Shown here: piece by piece, positions 1 through 12,954 of the stretch | Layout of the letters: each line of letters opens with the position of its first letter | Position numbering within the stretch: the first letter of the stretch is position 1 | Assembly (NCBI GenBank): GCA_050575255.1 | Contig: JBNZDD010013728.1 | Location: 477,510 to 541,509 of the forward strand | DNA: 64,000 bases | Direction of reading: 5' to 3' | From: Harriotta raleighana | Lineage: Eukaryota | The notes under the pieces: generated by a model | The model's database searches: none | Seen by the model: the letters and a program-made list of their open reading frames with translations, nothing else | What the model was told of the DNA's origin: nothing | Translations under genes and position numbers: made by a program

Positions 1-834
1 TTCATTGAAACAGTAGCAATTCAAGAATGCTTGACACTGGGAACAGAACACGCAAGAAGCAGTAAAAATAGGAGCTTTACCCCAATTCTAAAATAGTTGC
101 ATCCGTGCTTAAGGAAAGAAAGACGATATCCAATGACTGTTTCTCAACTACTGGAATCTTGTGCTTTTCTAAGATCTTGTGCGTTCTCACTACTGCCTTG
201 GAAAGAGTTAAGATTATGCACTGAAGTGGCACGAACACATGAAACGTTACAGACAATGATTTCTATTTTTGTCCATCAGCTCCAAACAGCACAGCAGCTT
301 CATTCATTTATAAAAGCTAATTAATCTGAATCGATTGTCCTAATGAATGTATCCCCATTATTCAAGACAATACAGTTCAGTTCGCAAGACAGAGCACAAA
401 CCTACAAATGTAAACAGACAACATGCACGATTTTTTAAATTAACAGATTGTAATTCAACTAGGCTGTACGATTAAATTGTGAGTGTCTGGCATTCATATG
501 AAAGCATCTTAGGATCATTCCATGGCTTCTTTTGATTTCTCCCATTTGAATATTAAAAAGGCACACACTTACTCGATTGTCATCTGAGAAAGAGGCGTGT
601 TTCACAAGGAGGAGCTCATTTTGAATCCTGCATTGATCTACAATGGCTAGTTTTAGAGTGGTTTGGATGTTTCTAGTGCCTTGGAGCACTAAACTTTCCT
701 GATATGAAAGTTACTACACAAATGTAATTTGTTGTTGTTGTTGTTTGCAGCTCTGTCTGCTTAGTTCTATTCTGATCCAGATGTCAGATATTGTCCTGTC
801 GTGCTTTTTTTGTTTGTTTTTAGATTCCTTTAAC

Positions 835-1050
835 CTGTCTTGAATTAGCTGATCTCATCCAGGGTTTCAGTTGGCCTTACAATTGGTTTCAGTGGTCAAG
901 TGCTGGCTTGGAGAGAAATCAGCCCATTTCTCTGCCCCCGAATGCAATTTCCCTGTTGGAAAATACTTGCATGTGGACGTTTAAGATTAGGTATTAGGTA
1001 TTTGGCCAAGCTAGTGGAGGGCAAATTAGGAGCTGTACCTCCAGGGTGAA
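835..1050 (+). mobile_element. Ancient tRNA-type SINE relic (LmeSINE1-like, family name tentative)
   Basis: gaattagctgatctcatccaggg...acaattggtttcagtg...aaatcagcc...cctgttggaaa...tgtggacg. A related copy lies at 42650-42790. Confidence 0.45.
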
Positions 1051-1693
1051 GGGGGTGGGAAGGAATCCATAATAATAATAATGTTCCATTCCTGCACCTC
1101 TTATCTGTCAGGCCGTGAGCAACACATATCAGGAATAAATTCTGGGACAGTCCTAGTGTGTGTAGCTCACTAGAACATCAGAAAGTACACCCACTGATCA
1201 ACACTTGCAGCCTTAGATTCTATCTATACTGTATGCAGGAAAAGAGGAAAAAGATATATAAATCTGGAAAACCAATGAAGGTGTGAGAATCCTGAGATTG
1301 TGTGCCAAATCTGATAAACTGGGAACTTTAGGGAGAGAAATTCCTGAAGACATTCTGTTCCTTAATTATTGACATTCATGCTTAATGCAAAAAGAGTCCA
1401 TCGACTGGATAGAAAATGACGTACATCCATAAAACCTCTCCCTTAAGGCGGGTTTCAAAATGAACTGCCCTTTCCTGATTTCTGGAGAATGGTCTTGGCC
1501 AGGGATTTATAAGATATGATGAATTATTTTTAGAGAGCAAGATTCTGCGGCCAATGTTCCAGGCTATTGGACCATAATTAATTTAAAACGATGTCCGGCA
1601 AAGAAATATTGAAACTCCGCGACAGTGGCCTGGAATATATGATTTTGAATCCTTCACTGTTCCTGATAACCCTGGTAAAAGTCAGTTTGTAGG

Positions 1694-2085
1694 ACTTTTG
1701 CCTCTACGTCGTAAGGTTGTGGGTCTTGCCTCCAGATCAAGGCTTAATTGAGGCATGAACCCTCAGAAATGGGGAAGCCCTGAGCCCTGCATGGTCAAAA
1801 GTCTGATCCTCTGAATTAAATATTAAACTGAAGTCTTCATATTTATAGAGAATGTTAAAAATCCCTTGTTATCTGAAAAGTAAAGGGAGCTTCTCCCAGC
1901 ATCCAGATAACAGTCCCCCAGAGAAACTGATCATTCACTTCATGGCTGTCTGTCAGACCTTGTTATGTGTTAATCGGCTGGCATGTTTGCCTACAAATAC
2001 ACAGTCACTACATTTGATAGCAAGTACCTGTGAAGTGCTTTGTGGTGTTCTTCACAGGAATATTGTAAAATGTAGTGGCCATATA
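1694..2085 (+). mobile_element. Degraded Deu-domain SINE (SacSINE1/AmnSINE1-like)
   Basis: Head remnant gcctct...aaggttgtgggt, central gttaaaaatccc...gggagcttctccc, tail ggctgtctgt...cagtcactaca...tgtgaagtgctttg. Confidence 0.55.
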
Positions 2086-4269
2086 TTTTAGAGACAAAGG
2101 TCATAATTTTCTTCCCCAAAATTTGAATTTTACACTGTATACATTCACATAATAGGCAAAATAGGGTTTAACCATTATCGGGTATATCCCCTTTTAGTTT
2201 AGTTTTTGTGGCAAAAAAATAGATTTATTTTGCCTTTGGTTTATGAGATAATCCATTGTTTTGATCTGTCGTCTACCCGTGTGCAGATCTAGAACATGAA
2301 GTGGGTTGCAGAGTTAAATGAAAAAGGCTGTTCAGCCCATTGAATTTGCATTGAATTGTCACATGGTCAGTATTTTACATGGCACCCTGTCCTTGAAGCA
2401 GACCATCAGTCTAACAACTGATCTCTTTGACTCACCTTCAGACACCTTTGAGACTTTCTTCTATGTCAGAAGCATTGTATGGATGAAAGATGTATTTTTA
2501 CAGAACAACTTCTTACAAATTCTTGCTCACAGTCCATTGAATTCCCATTGTTAAGAGTTTTGCATAAAAATGATGCCGTATAACTGTAACTTATTCTTGA
2601 TGACGAACATGTAACTCTGAATTATACTTGCCTTTGGAATATGTTGCTACAAATTTCTTTGCAGGCCAAATAAGTACGCCTATTTTTCAGTGGGAATTTG
2701 AAGTAATTTGAGATGTCTAGAAGTCGTGAAAAGTGCTATATCAAATGCAAGGATCATTATTATAAAGCAGCTAGGTCTTTGCAGGAAGTTACATTTAAAT
2801 TAACAATAAAAAACAGAGAATTTACTTTGAAAACACAACAGAAAAAAAGTACCATGGGGGCTTAAATATTACACCAGGCACTGGTGATTTTCTACTTGTC
2901 TCCCCTCCATAGGTGTGATTGTTAATGTTTTTTATAAGACCAATTCAAGAAGGCCTAGAGTTTGCAGAGTGAAACACAGCCCTGTGGCTGCTGGGGTGTT
3001 GCATTGAGACTTTGCTTCTGTGCACACCTTAGTGTCAGTGTGTTTCTAGCTCTTGCGTGTGATGTTACCTTTGGCTAAACAAATTATTTTAAAAAAAACA
3101 TTGGTATGAAACATGCCATGGAAATCTATCGTTCTATCTTGGATTTGTGAAAAGGCTGAGTTTAATCTTTTGATTGTCTGCGCGAATCCTTTGCACGAAC
3201 AAAAGACTTTAAATTGTATTCAGTGGACTGTAATATGTCATCCTGTGTGAGTTTTGATTTAAGCAAACATACTAGAAGTCATTGAAGAGTAGTGCCAAGA
3301 GAAACTCTTTTGACTCAACTGATGTTAAGTAAAGCTCTGCTGTCACTCTATTGCATTCTTTTGATTGTGGTACTAAGGGCACGCCTTGTCTTATGAATCT
3401 TTATTTTCTTTAATATAGTATATGACTCATGACAGCAAATGTTAGAAGGCAGATTTGAGTATACCTGTTAATGGGAGTCCTGCCCAAGCCTGCACATAGG
3501 ACATTTGATGCCGCATGGGAAATGTAGTTTTATTTTTATATAAAGCTTTGGCTATAAAAACTGTGCTGTGGTCTCTTTCCCATATGCTGCAGTTTCCTGT
3601 CTAACCAATTGCAGCTTGTCTTGTCTTGTTACTGTGGCTGGCAGAGTTTGTCTAAGCTATCGGAAAAAACAGCGGCATTTAACTAGTTCACCACCAGGCA
3701 CGCTGCTTGGTGTTGCCTTGTCGCTCTTTCCGATTTGGGGCGAATGCCAGAGAGTATTAACTGTTGAATGAGTTACTGCAGGCAAGGGCTAAAACTGTAA
3801 ACAGGCACAGCATTCTGGATGGGTGGGTGGGAGATAACATCATAAAAAAAAGAACAAAAAGCTTCAGTGATTTATAGATGTCATATAGATGCTGAGATTA
3901 AATTACAGCCTTGTTCTCACTCTCTACGATCTTTAATTTTTTTTATCGTATGTAATATGGGTGGGGTAAAATGAACCAGTTAGGAGGAGCTGGAACACCA
4001 TTAATCAAAGGCCGTGAGAGGGCACTGTGTTATCATCGCGATGGAATGATGCTGTCAGATGGTTGGCAAGAGCATGTGGTAAATAACTGATACAATAAAT
4101 AATTGTAATAGAAAATCAAAGATTGGCGGTGGGAGAGAAGTCAGCGACTGGACGACACAAATAGCCACAAAAAGAGCAAAAGAAGAGTTCGGGAGAAATC
4201 CTTTCATGTAGAGGTGATGGGATGTGCAATATCCTGCCAAGCAAAGTGGTCAGAAGAAGAGTCCATCAC

Positions 4270-4430
4270 AGTTTCAAGAGGGAAGTCGACAGTTAAATGC
4301 TACTTAGAGGTTTGAATGGGTATGGGTTAGTGCAAGGCAGTGGGATTGAAAGTACAGTTTTCTCTGAGAGTTGATTCAGATACTATGACCCATTGGCTTC
4401 CTCCTGTGCTGTAAATTTCCATGATTCTAA
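4270..4430 (+). mobile_element. CR1 LINE 3' end remnant
   Basis: tttcaagagggaagtcgacag...gggtatggg...cctcctgtgctgtaaatttccatgattcta, a CR1-type 3'UTR and tail. Confidence 0.55.
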
Positions 4431-4562
4431 AAAGGTGTTACCTTTACTACTGTATTTACTAAATACTGTAGATGATCCACCAGGAGTTTAATATATGTGG
4501 ATACCCATCACCGTGCTTAAGAGTATCCAAATCAAGCTGAGATTTTCATGCATTCCATCTTC

Positions 4563-5610
4563 AATAACAACAGCAACAACAAAATTACATTTGTATAGCA
4601 CCTTTCATGTCAGGAGGACGTCCCAAGACACTGGACAGATACTGCTTCAGACCCAAGCTGAGAGTGTGGGGGGTGGGAAGGAGTTACCGATGGGTCCATC
4701 AAAGAGGAGAGTGTTGAGGCGAGCCTTGAAGGAGGCCAGAGAGGAGACGAGGCGGAGGGACTTTGGGATGGAATTCCAGAGGTTGGGGGCAGAGTGGCTA
4801 AAGGCTCGCTCACTGATGGTTGGGCGAGAGGGTCAGGGGAGTTCTAGCAGACCAGAGCCTGCTGAACAGAGGGGGCGGGCAGGTTGGTAAGAACATAACA
4901 ACATAGGAATTAGGAGCAGGAGTAGGCCACTTGGCCCTCGAGCCTGCCCCGCCATTCAATGCGATCATGGCTGATCTTCTGACCTAACTCCAATTAACTG
5001 CCCTATCCCCATATCCCCTAATCCCTCTATTTTAAAAAAATCTATCAGTCTCAGCCTTGAAAATGTTCAAGGACTGAGCATCTACAGCCTTCTGGGGTAG
5101 TGAATTCCACAAATTCACTACCCTCTGAGTGAAGAAATGATTCCTCAACTCTGTTCTAAAAGGCTGACCCTTAATTTACAAGGACACCAATCTCAAAAAG
5201 GGGATAGGAGGTCACGGATGTAGGGTGGGGTGAGGTTGTGGATGGCTTTAAATGTGAGAACCAGGATCTTGAATTGGATCCTCTGGATGATGGGGAGCCA
5301 ATGGAGTCAGGCAAGGATGGGGGAAATGGGGTCACGGATTTTAGAATAGTAGAGGACACGGGCCATAGATTTCTGGATTATCTGCAGCCTGTGGAGGGAG
5401 GAATTGGGAAGGCCGACCAGCAAGGCATTTGTATAATCGGGCCGGGATGTAATGAAGGCTTGGATGAGGGTTTCAGCGGATTTAGGGGTGAGGTAATGGC
5501 GGAGTCTGGAAATGTTGGAGAGGTGGGGAAAAGCAGAGCGAGTCAGGGCTTGGATGTGAGGGAGGGAAGACAGTTGAGAGTCAAACAAGACATCTGGGTT
5601 CCTGACTGGC
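4563..5610 (-). mobile_element. L2 LINE 3' fragment interrupted by a CR1 3' end
   Basis: (CAA)n tail at 4563. Minus ORF 5307-5588 encodes the L2 ORF2 C-terminus (..NISRLRHYLTPKSAETLIQAFITSRPDYTNALLVGLP..). Confidence 0.9.
4889..5180 (-). mobile_element. CR1 LINE 3' end nested in L2
   Basis: aagaacataa...ggagcaggagtaggcca...gatcatggctgatc...ttccacaaattcactaccctctgagtgaagaa is the reverse complement of the CR1 3' end at 33340-33587. Confidence 0.9.
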
Positions 5611-5807
5611 TTGGTGAGTTTGAGTATTCAACCATGCAACCTTCTACACGTGTAAATGCCAGAGATAGGTTGCTGGAATGGATTGCACAATCTCTCCCTG
5701 GAGGGATGCATTTTGCTTACTGCATTCTGGAATGCATTTGGCGAAGGTTGGCAGGAGCCAAGACTTGGGGACTCCAGAGTGTGAGTTTGGGTACTGCTGG
5801 AGGCTAA

Positions 5808-5830
5808 CTATATATATATATATATATATA
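5808..5830. repeat. (TA)n microsatellite
   Basis: About 11 TA units. Confidence 0.95.
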
Positions 5831-5974
5831 AAAAAGCAAGACCAAAGAGGAAGGAAGATCTTACAGGTGTGAATTGAAGATGGGCAAGATGGAATGCAGA
5901 GTTTGGTACCGCGGCTCCATTGTGAAGTAGATAAAAGTTTTGCTGTTCACTGAAGACTTGTGCCTTTAACAGAT

Positions 5975-6310
5975 AGGTGTTGATAGAACTCTCTCCACTG
6001 GTTGTAGGTTCAAGAATCACAACAGGACTTTGAATTGATAGTCTCGGCTGACAATTCAGTGCAGTGCTGGGCTGCTGCATTGATGGAAGTGCCATTTTTC
6101 AGATAAGACTCTTTTGGGTTTATTTTGATGTGCTGGCCAAGATACCTTCAAATAAAATTGCTCATTCAATGCACATATATTTGTAGGTCATTGCTGTGTT
6201 CAAATTGGTTGCCACCTTTGCTGACAAAATACACAGACATTCTCATTTACAATAGATCTTGGAAGCGCTTTAAGGCACTCTCCTAACTCTCCTATATCAA
6301 ATGTAAGGTT
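5975..6310 (+). mobile_element. Deu-domain SINE
   Basis: ggttgtaggttcaag head, ttcagtgcagtgctg...ggaagtgccatttttcagataagac Deu core, caaattggttgcc...gaagcgcttt...tatatcaaatgtaagg tail. Confidence 0.7.
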
Positions 6311-7046
6311 TGAAGTTTGATTTATGGCACTCACAAGTCTTGCGAACCATATTCAAGAGGTTGGTAGCTTTTCAAGTGCTAAAATGTTGTCTCACATTCT
6401 CTCCTGTCCAATTTTAATAAATGACTATGTTAATTATAACATGGATCTCGTGTGACATCACCACTGCCAGATTACTGCAGTCTAAACCCACAGCAGTTTC
6501 CTGAACGGTAACATTGCTCTGTGATACAAACAAGATTATAATACATTTCCAAAGCAGAATTATAATGATATTAAAGGAATCAATATTTTACTTTCATGAA
6601 AGAAAATCTCTTGAAGTTGATCCTAACCAACTGGATACATTTTTGATGGGACTCAAGCTGTTCAAAAAGCAGAAACACAGGAAACTATTTCTACCTCATG
6701 AAATCATGAAAACCTGAAACAAATCATTATTGTTGGTGCTGACATTAAAACGGACCAGAAATGAACACACATTTCATAAACAATGGGTAACAGTACTTCT
6801 TGTTTTTAATGCTTTATGCAAAGATTTACTTTCACTTGACCATGACAATGGTGGCTTCTATGCTGTGGGTTTTTTAAGTCTTACACAATCGATCACTTCC
6901 AGAATGCAGATTACTGTCAAATGATTGACAAGACAATAATTGATAGATGGAAGTGACTCCAATAAATATTTATAATGGATAATCAGAAAGGCATTGAGTT
7001 TGTTATTGAGAAGGGGAAGAGTGTGCATCAATAGAATTGTGAGGCA

Positions 7047-8099
7047 TAATAATAATAATATTCCTTGCATTTGATATAGCAATTTTTAACGTATTCTAGA
7101 CGTCTCCAAGTGCTTCACAGAATATACTATAAAATTAATTGACTTAATATGTGTGGGCAACATGCAACAGCCAATTGCACACAGCACAGCAGTGCCCTCC
7201 AAACAGTTGTGAATTGAATGATCGCTTTTTTTTCAAGGAATTATTGTCAGGCGTGTGGAGTAAGGAAAAATTACTCCCTGCTCCCTGCCTGGAATTGTTT
7301 TGTTCGACCCTCAACAATCCATTCTCCCCCACATCTGCACCATGACCAGTCCTGCCTTCCACCATCTTTGCAACATCGCCAGACTCCACCACTGCCTCAC
7401 CCTTCAGGCTGCCGAAATCCTAGTCCACACTTTCGTCACATCAAGCCTCGACTATGGAAACTCCCTCCTCGTCGGTCTTTTTGGTTCTTCCCTTCACAAG
7501 CTGCAGATCATTCAGAACTATGCAGCTCATATCCTCACCCACACCAAGCTCCGAGACCACATCACTCCCACCCTCGCTCAGCTCGATTAGCTCCCCATCC
7601 CCCAGAGAATCAAATTCAAGATCCTCATCTTCACTTTCACATGACTTTGCTCCCCCCACCCCCACCCCATCTCTCTGACCTGCTGTCCCCCTATGAACCT
7701 CTGTTTAGTGGGCTCCAGACTGCTCCATGTCCTCCGCCCGACCCGCACTACCATCGGCAGACTGGCTTTCAGCTTTCCTGCCCCCACACTCTGGAACTCC
7801 ATCCTACAGTTCCTTCACCTCACTCCCTCCCTTGCCTCCTTCAAGGCCGGTCTCAAGACCCTCCCTCCTCGATCGTGCATTCCGGTGCCTCCCAAACTCT
7901 CTCCCTCCCCTCCTAACTAACTCCTGCCCTTCCCCTCTACCCTGCCCCTCTCCCTTGATGGGTCCCGATCTGACTGTTCAGCAACTTGGGATGTCCTCCC
8001 GACGTGCAAAGTGATCTATAAATGTAATTTTGTTGTTGTTGTTGAACCCAGATCTCTTGCTTGCAAGGCGAGACATCTAACCACTGAGCTACAAGACTC
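7047..8099 (-). mobile_element. tRNA-Ala-derived SINE (SINE2_CM-like) split by an L2 insertion
   Basis: Tail and body at 7047-7297. The head at 8045-8099 (aacccag...ttgcaaggcgag...aaccactgagctacaagactc) resumes exactly after the L2. Confidence 0.9.
7298..8044 (+). mobile_element. 5'-truncated L2 LINE
   Basis: ORF 7300-7590 (..HLCNIARLHHCLTLQAAEILVHTFVTSSLDYGNSLLVGL..DHITPTL), a C-rich 3'UTR and a (TTG)n tail. Confidence 0.93.
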
Positions 8100-9011
8100 A
8101 TCAACACCAATACTAAAACTCTTGCGTATCTAATTCATTAGAAATTATTAAGACTTGAATTCTACACATATCTGGGTGTTTCTCACATCAACTCACAGCT
8201 TGGACCGTGATTGAGTCACAAATGGGTATCCACAGGATTCAATACTTGGAATACTTTTTTTTTCCTGCATATCAGACCCCAATGTCTGAATGGCTGCACT
8301 CCATTTACATGGTAAATGCAGCCCAGCTACACTGCCACGTAAACTAAATAGAGAAATGGAACAATAGCACTGAACATTATTGACTTCATTGTCACGTGGT
8401 GCAGGGTGAACTCTAGACACCCGCCTTCTCCCTTCCCCCATCCCAACTCCCACCACAAACAAAATAGAATCAGGTTTTCCTATTCTAACGTTTCATTAAG
8501 ATAATTGCTTTGTGATAAACACAGCTTCATCTTCAGTGTGACTTTGTTTATAACTGAGAGAGGGTGCTACATTTATGAACTCCCAATGAATGATCTTGTG
8601 AAGCCTGCTGTATTGTAAAGTGATTGCAGATCACTCTGTTGTGCAGTTACATTTCACAATGTCAAAGTTTCATTCCGTGCAGCTTGCAGTGATTTTCTTC
8701 CTCCTCCCCACATCTCAGAGACATCAGTAGGCACAGTGGACGCCATGCCCCAGATCGTCGATTTTACATGGTAACAAAAACACAGCACCCAATGTCTGAC
8801 TAAATTAATAGACATGATAATTTCACACCAAAGGAGGACATTATTTCATCTAAGTGCTATCTGCTTCATCACAAAGGGTCATACCGCAGCTGTGGCAAGC
8901 CTAGTGTTATTATGAAGTTTGATGATAGAATCCTTTTGCCATCTAAGCACTTACCTTTAGGCTAGTAATAGCTCCAGGCAAAGCCAGTGCCGCCCATGAT
9001 AAAGGACTTAC

Positions 9012-9139
9012 CCAGTGTGCAGGAGATGGAGCAGCTTTGAGCCGAGTAGTAATCAGCTCCAGACGCTGCAGCAGCTTGCTTTTCCAGCTAACTTTCTGCC
9101 AAATCTTCTTATCCATTTTTCTCACCTTCTGCCTTTGTC
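9012..9139 (-). other. Orphan exon candidate (128 nt, one open frame) with an alternative in-frame donor ending at 8955
   Basis: Minus-strand acceptor TCTTTTGTTTTGCAG|G and donor TGG|GTAAGT; second donor AAG|GTAAGT 57 nt further on. Frame reads QRQKVRKMDKKIWQKVSWKSKLLQRLELITTRLKAAPSPAHW; no recognised homologue. Confidence 0.35.
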
Positions 9140-11103
9140 CTGCAAAACAAAAGACCTGGTCGTCTGATTTCTTGTCATTGGGAATCACGTTTGTAAAGTT
9201 AAAGACAGTTGTAGTTGATGGATTTCTAGTGTCAAGGATTTGGAGTCCGGGAGCTGTGAGACAATATATTAACCACATCCCATCATCTGCTAATCACATT
9301 ACAGTTTAAATGAGCATGTGTAATTTCACCCATCAATGATTTATTTCATCACTGAAGAACAATTACCAGTCTCACATATATTCCAACCACAATATTATTT
9401 TCAGATGTAAGGAAAGTATGGAAGGGGGGGGTGGGGGTGGATGGGGGAGGAGAATATTCTTTATATGCACAAAGGACCCATGCGCTTTCTCTGTTCTTGT
9501 TGAAATGTTCATGTAAAAATCTCCAACATCCGCCTGACATCTAATAAAGTATAAATGGCATGATGTTTGTAAATATTCAACATATTACAAAATTAAAAGT
9601 AAATGACCATTCCCCCTCCCCACCTCGAATATTTTAATACAAAATCTTGCATTTTTTCCAGAATTGTAGGACGGAGAGAATTAAAAACTGTTTATTTTTC
9701 TTACAGTTCATTAAAAGTGGCATCCCATTAGTGTAATGCTCCATATTGACTTCACTTCTGAAAACAAACAAAATCTGTTTTGGTCAGGAAGCAAGGGGAA
9801 GAAAAGAGGCATCTGAGATTAAAGCAGAGAGGAATTCTTGGACTCGTTTTGAAAAAAAGTAAAGTCAAAGGCTTTCATCCTTCCAATCTGATTGGTTCTG
9901 GATCTGTGTAACAAAGGGAAAAACTGCATTCCCAACAAACTGATGAAGTGTTTCATCCATTTCAAAGGAAAACAACTAATCTTAAAATGACCACATTAAT
10001 GCACAATGCTTGTATGCCCTGATGGCAGCAGTGAGATTTAGCAGAAAATGTGGTTCCCCTGGAAAAATACTGTATTGATAACATTTGTTTAGCTGCAAGA
10101 GAACGCACACGTCACTTTTCTTTTTCATTCAGACTGGGATATTTTAGGCCTATAATGTAAAGCCACCATGTGGCAATTGTGGCTCTACAATTAACAGATT
10201 AGAGTGATAAAGAGGTTCAACTGCTGGAGGCAGGCAAAAGCAGGACAACCTCCCTGGGGCCCTATGGGTTGGAGTGGGACGCACCATTGATGCTTAGGTC
10301 AGATAATCTCTCTGACACCGCCCACCCCCCTTGCCCTGAAGCACCTTACAAATACCTGCTCAATATTCTGGTCTATTGCTGGGCTATGTCTGTAATACAG
10401 AGATACAAAAAGAGTAACATCTGTTAAACTATTCATAAGCGAATATATTTGAGAATTATCGTTTACAGTGACAGTGGTGAATGTTGAAAACATCAGACCA
10501 CATTTAGTTATTATAAAACAGATGGCCTCACATCCATCCATTAAAAAATTCTGTCACAAAACTTAATCCCGAAGTCATAATATTGCCATACGCAGGTCTG
10601 TTCTTGTTTTTATTTATTCTAAAACATCTTCAAACAGAGCTCTAACTACTAACGGGACACCCACAGCATTCACAGCTCACTTCCAGTTCACAACAATGGA
10701 GTTCTAAAGAGGGATTTAAATCAAGCACAGTGATGCCAATTCTGTAATAGGACAGATTCAGGAAGTGTATTTGATGTTACGGATGTAATCTGACTCAAAG
10801 GACATGTGTGCATGTTGGTAAATAAAACGTGTGGAGCAGTGGTGGGTGGAGGGGGATAGGGAGGCAAAGCATTGAAAGGCAATTGGAAATATGAAAAGGC
10901 CACTGAAATCAACTTCTGTTATTTCTTACTGGATATATTAATGGTTTAATTTAGACGACCAGAGGAAGTTATTTCCGAGTTGCGTGTAAAGTTAGCGCAC
11001 AATCTGCAGTTTTTAATCTCATACTGTAATGTAAACAGGACAGTTCTCGGCAAATGCAAATCAAAATAAGTAAAGGTGCAAGGAAACAATTGGCTGCTTA
11101 CCT

Positions 11104-11500
11104 GGAGTCAGCCTGGCTCAGTTGTAAGCATTCACACCTCAAAATCAGAAGGTTGTGGGTTCAAACCCCAAGTTTTAACTTTAAGTTCATAGACTGTATA
11201 ATGAAGTGGGAGTGCTTCATTGTCAAATGTGCTGTCCTTTAAAGGGATCTTAAACTGAGATTATTTCTGTCTGATTGGTGGACATTAAAGATTCCATAGC
11301 ACTTTTCATAAAGCAAAGGGATTTTGTCCTGGTGCCCTGCCAATAATCTGGTTAAAATTAATCATTCACTTGATGGCTGTTTCAGGGTCATTGCTATGTG
11401 CAAAATACAGTCACTACACCTTATAATAAATCCTGTGAGTAGATTGTGATGTCCCCCAGATGTGGAAGGCACTATATCAACTGCATTATATTTATTATAG
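11104..11500 (+). mobile_element. Near full-length Deu-domain SINE
   Basis: gagtcagcctggctcagttgtaagca...cagaaggttgtgggttcaa head, ggtggacattaaagattccatagcac Deu core, gaaggcactatatcaactgca tail. Confidence 0.8.
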
Positions 11501-12011
11501 TTACTGAGAGGTGGAGGCTCTAGCCACAAAGTGGAGAATGTAGCCCAAGTTAGAAACCCAGCACTACATAACAACAACAACAACAAAATTATATTTATAG
11601 AGCGCCTTTCATGTCGGGAGGACGTCCCAAGGCCTTGAAACACCCCTAAGCACCCAGAAGATCAGGGGCTGGTGAGTACAAGGATGTTCTGTTGTACACT
11701 ACCATAATGTAGACCTTCCCTGATCACCATTATAAGTCGCAGCAATGCCCTCCAGACAAAATTAGGAAAAAAAAAAGGAAACGCTGCTTCCCAGTTGTGT
11801 GATTCAGCAAGGGCTGATGTTTTTTTTTGTCAAGTGACCTGATAATTAACTGCGATGAAATTAAGATGAAATCTAGCTACAGCGAATATTACTGCATCGT
11901 GTTTGTAGATCTTTTAAAAGCTCAGTACAGTATTCATATAATCAGCTGACAGTCATGCCAGTAAAACACAGATTTACCCATTCTACCTATAACACTCAGA
12001 AGGTAGATGCA

Positions 12012-12133
12012 GGGAAACTGAGTGGCACAGTGGGTCAGAATAATGTCCTTTCACCTCAGGGGACCTGGGATCAAATGCAGCTTAGATTGATAGGATGAAA
12101 GTCTATTCTCTTTGATGGCAGTTAAGACGTCTA
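12012..12133 (+). mobile_element. LF-SINE-like 5' fragment
   Basis: gggaaactgagtggcacagtgg...cctttcacctc...ctgggatcaaatgcagc...gaaagtc...tgatggcagtt follows the LF-SINE head as recalled. Confidence 0.6.
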
Positions 12134-12954
12134 ATAATACTCTATTCATATTTGCCACTATAAAATCTTATGAAGTCCACATTGAATATATATGGTAATG
12201 TGTATTTTATGGTATCACATTGTGAATACTACTTTTAATATTTACCATTCTTTCTTTGGCCAGACAATGTCTTTATAGAGTTTTATTTAAGTATAAATCG
12301 AGGGGTTTGAAACTAGAACTCATTGTATGGCATATTTTGCGTTCTTCTCTCACCTCATCAACACTGAAAAGAGATTCGAAGCTGTTACACTAGTGTACAC
12401 ACCTGCTATGCAAAAATCAAACGATTATACAAAGCTCCATTTGGAAACTTCTAGAGAGACTGCAATAAGCATCAACATGGATGACACCCAAAGCATAGTA
12501 GATTGTGAGGAATATCCTCAGGCTACTTGACATTATAAACAGCCCATAAGAAAACAAGTTGAAGCAAGCTCTATCCAAGTAGCAATGCTGGGAGACCACA
12601 GAACAGCCATTAATTCAGCACAGAGTGGGCCTTCCCACTTACACATAGAGATGGATGGTGAAGGCAAATTGTTGGGATAGAATAAGGGAGTTTTAAAGCA
12701 TGCTTGAAGAAAGAATAATTCATTTGCCAGCACTGTCAAGTCATCATGTCATCACGGACAATATTTGTGGATGGAAAGATTTCAGTGAAAATATTTTTTT
12801 AATTTTTTATCTCCAACTGGTAATTTGTTGAAATGTTTACAGAGATTTCTGCTTATATTATAAATGAGATATAGAATCACAACTCACATGTATATGTATA
12901 TGTAAGTAGGACTATGCCAGAGCTGCTTGGATAATTCTTTATTATTTAATATAT

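Noticed and set aside
1565-1640. Minus-strand peptide VAEFQYFFAGHRFKLIMVQ resembling Gypsy RNase H
   Set aside because: Too short, lacks the TDH catalytic motif, is bounded by stops and has no other LTR-element remnants nearby.
5238-5807. 189-aa plus-strand ORF (also 4495-4890, 7218-7916, 33960-34271)
   Set aside because: Antisense or off-frame readings of L2 fragments.
12327-12739. Cluster of short ORFs
   Set aside because: In-frame stops, no convincing splice pair and no recognisable domain.
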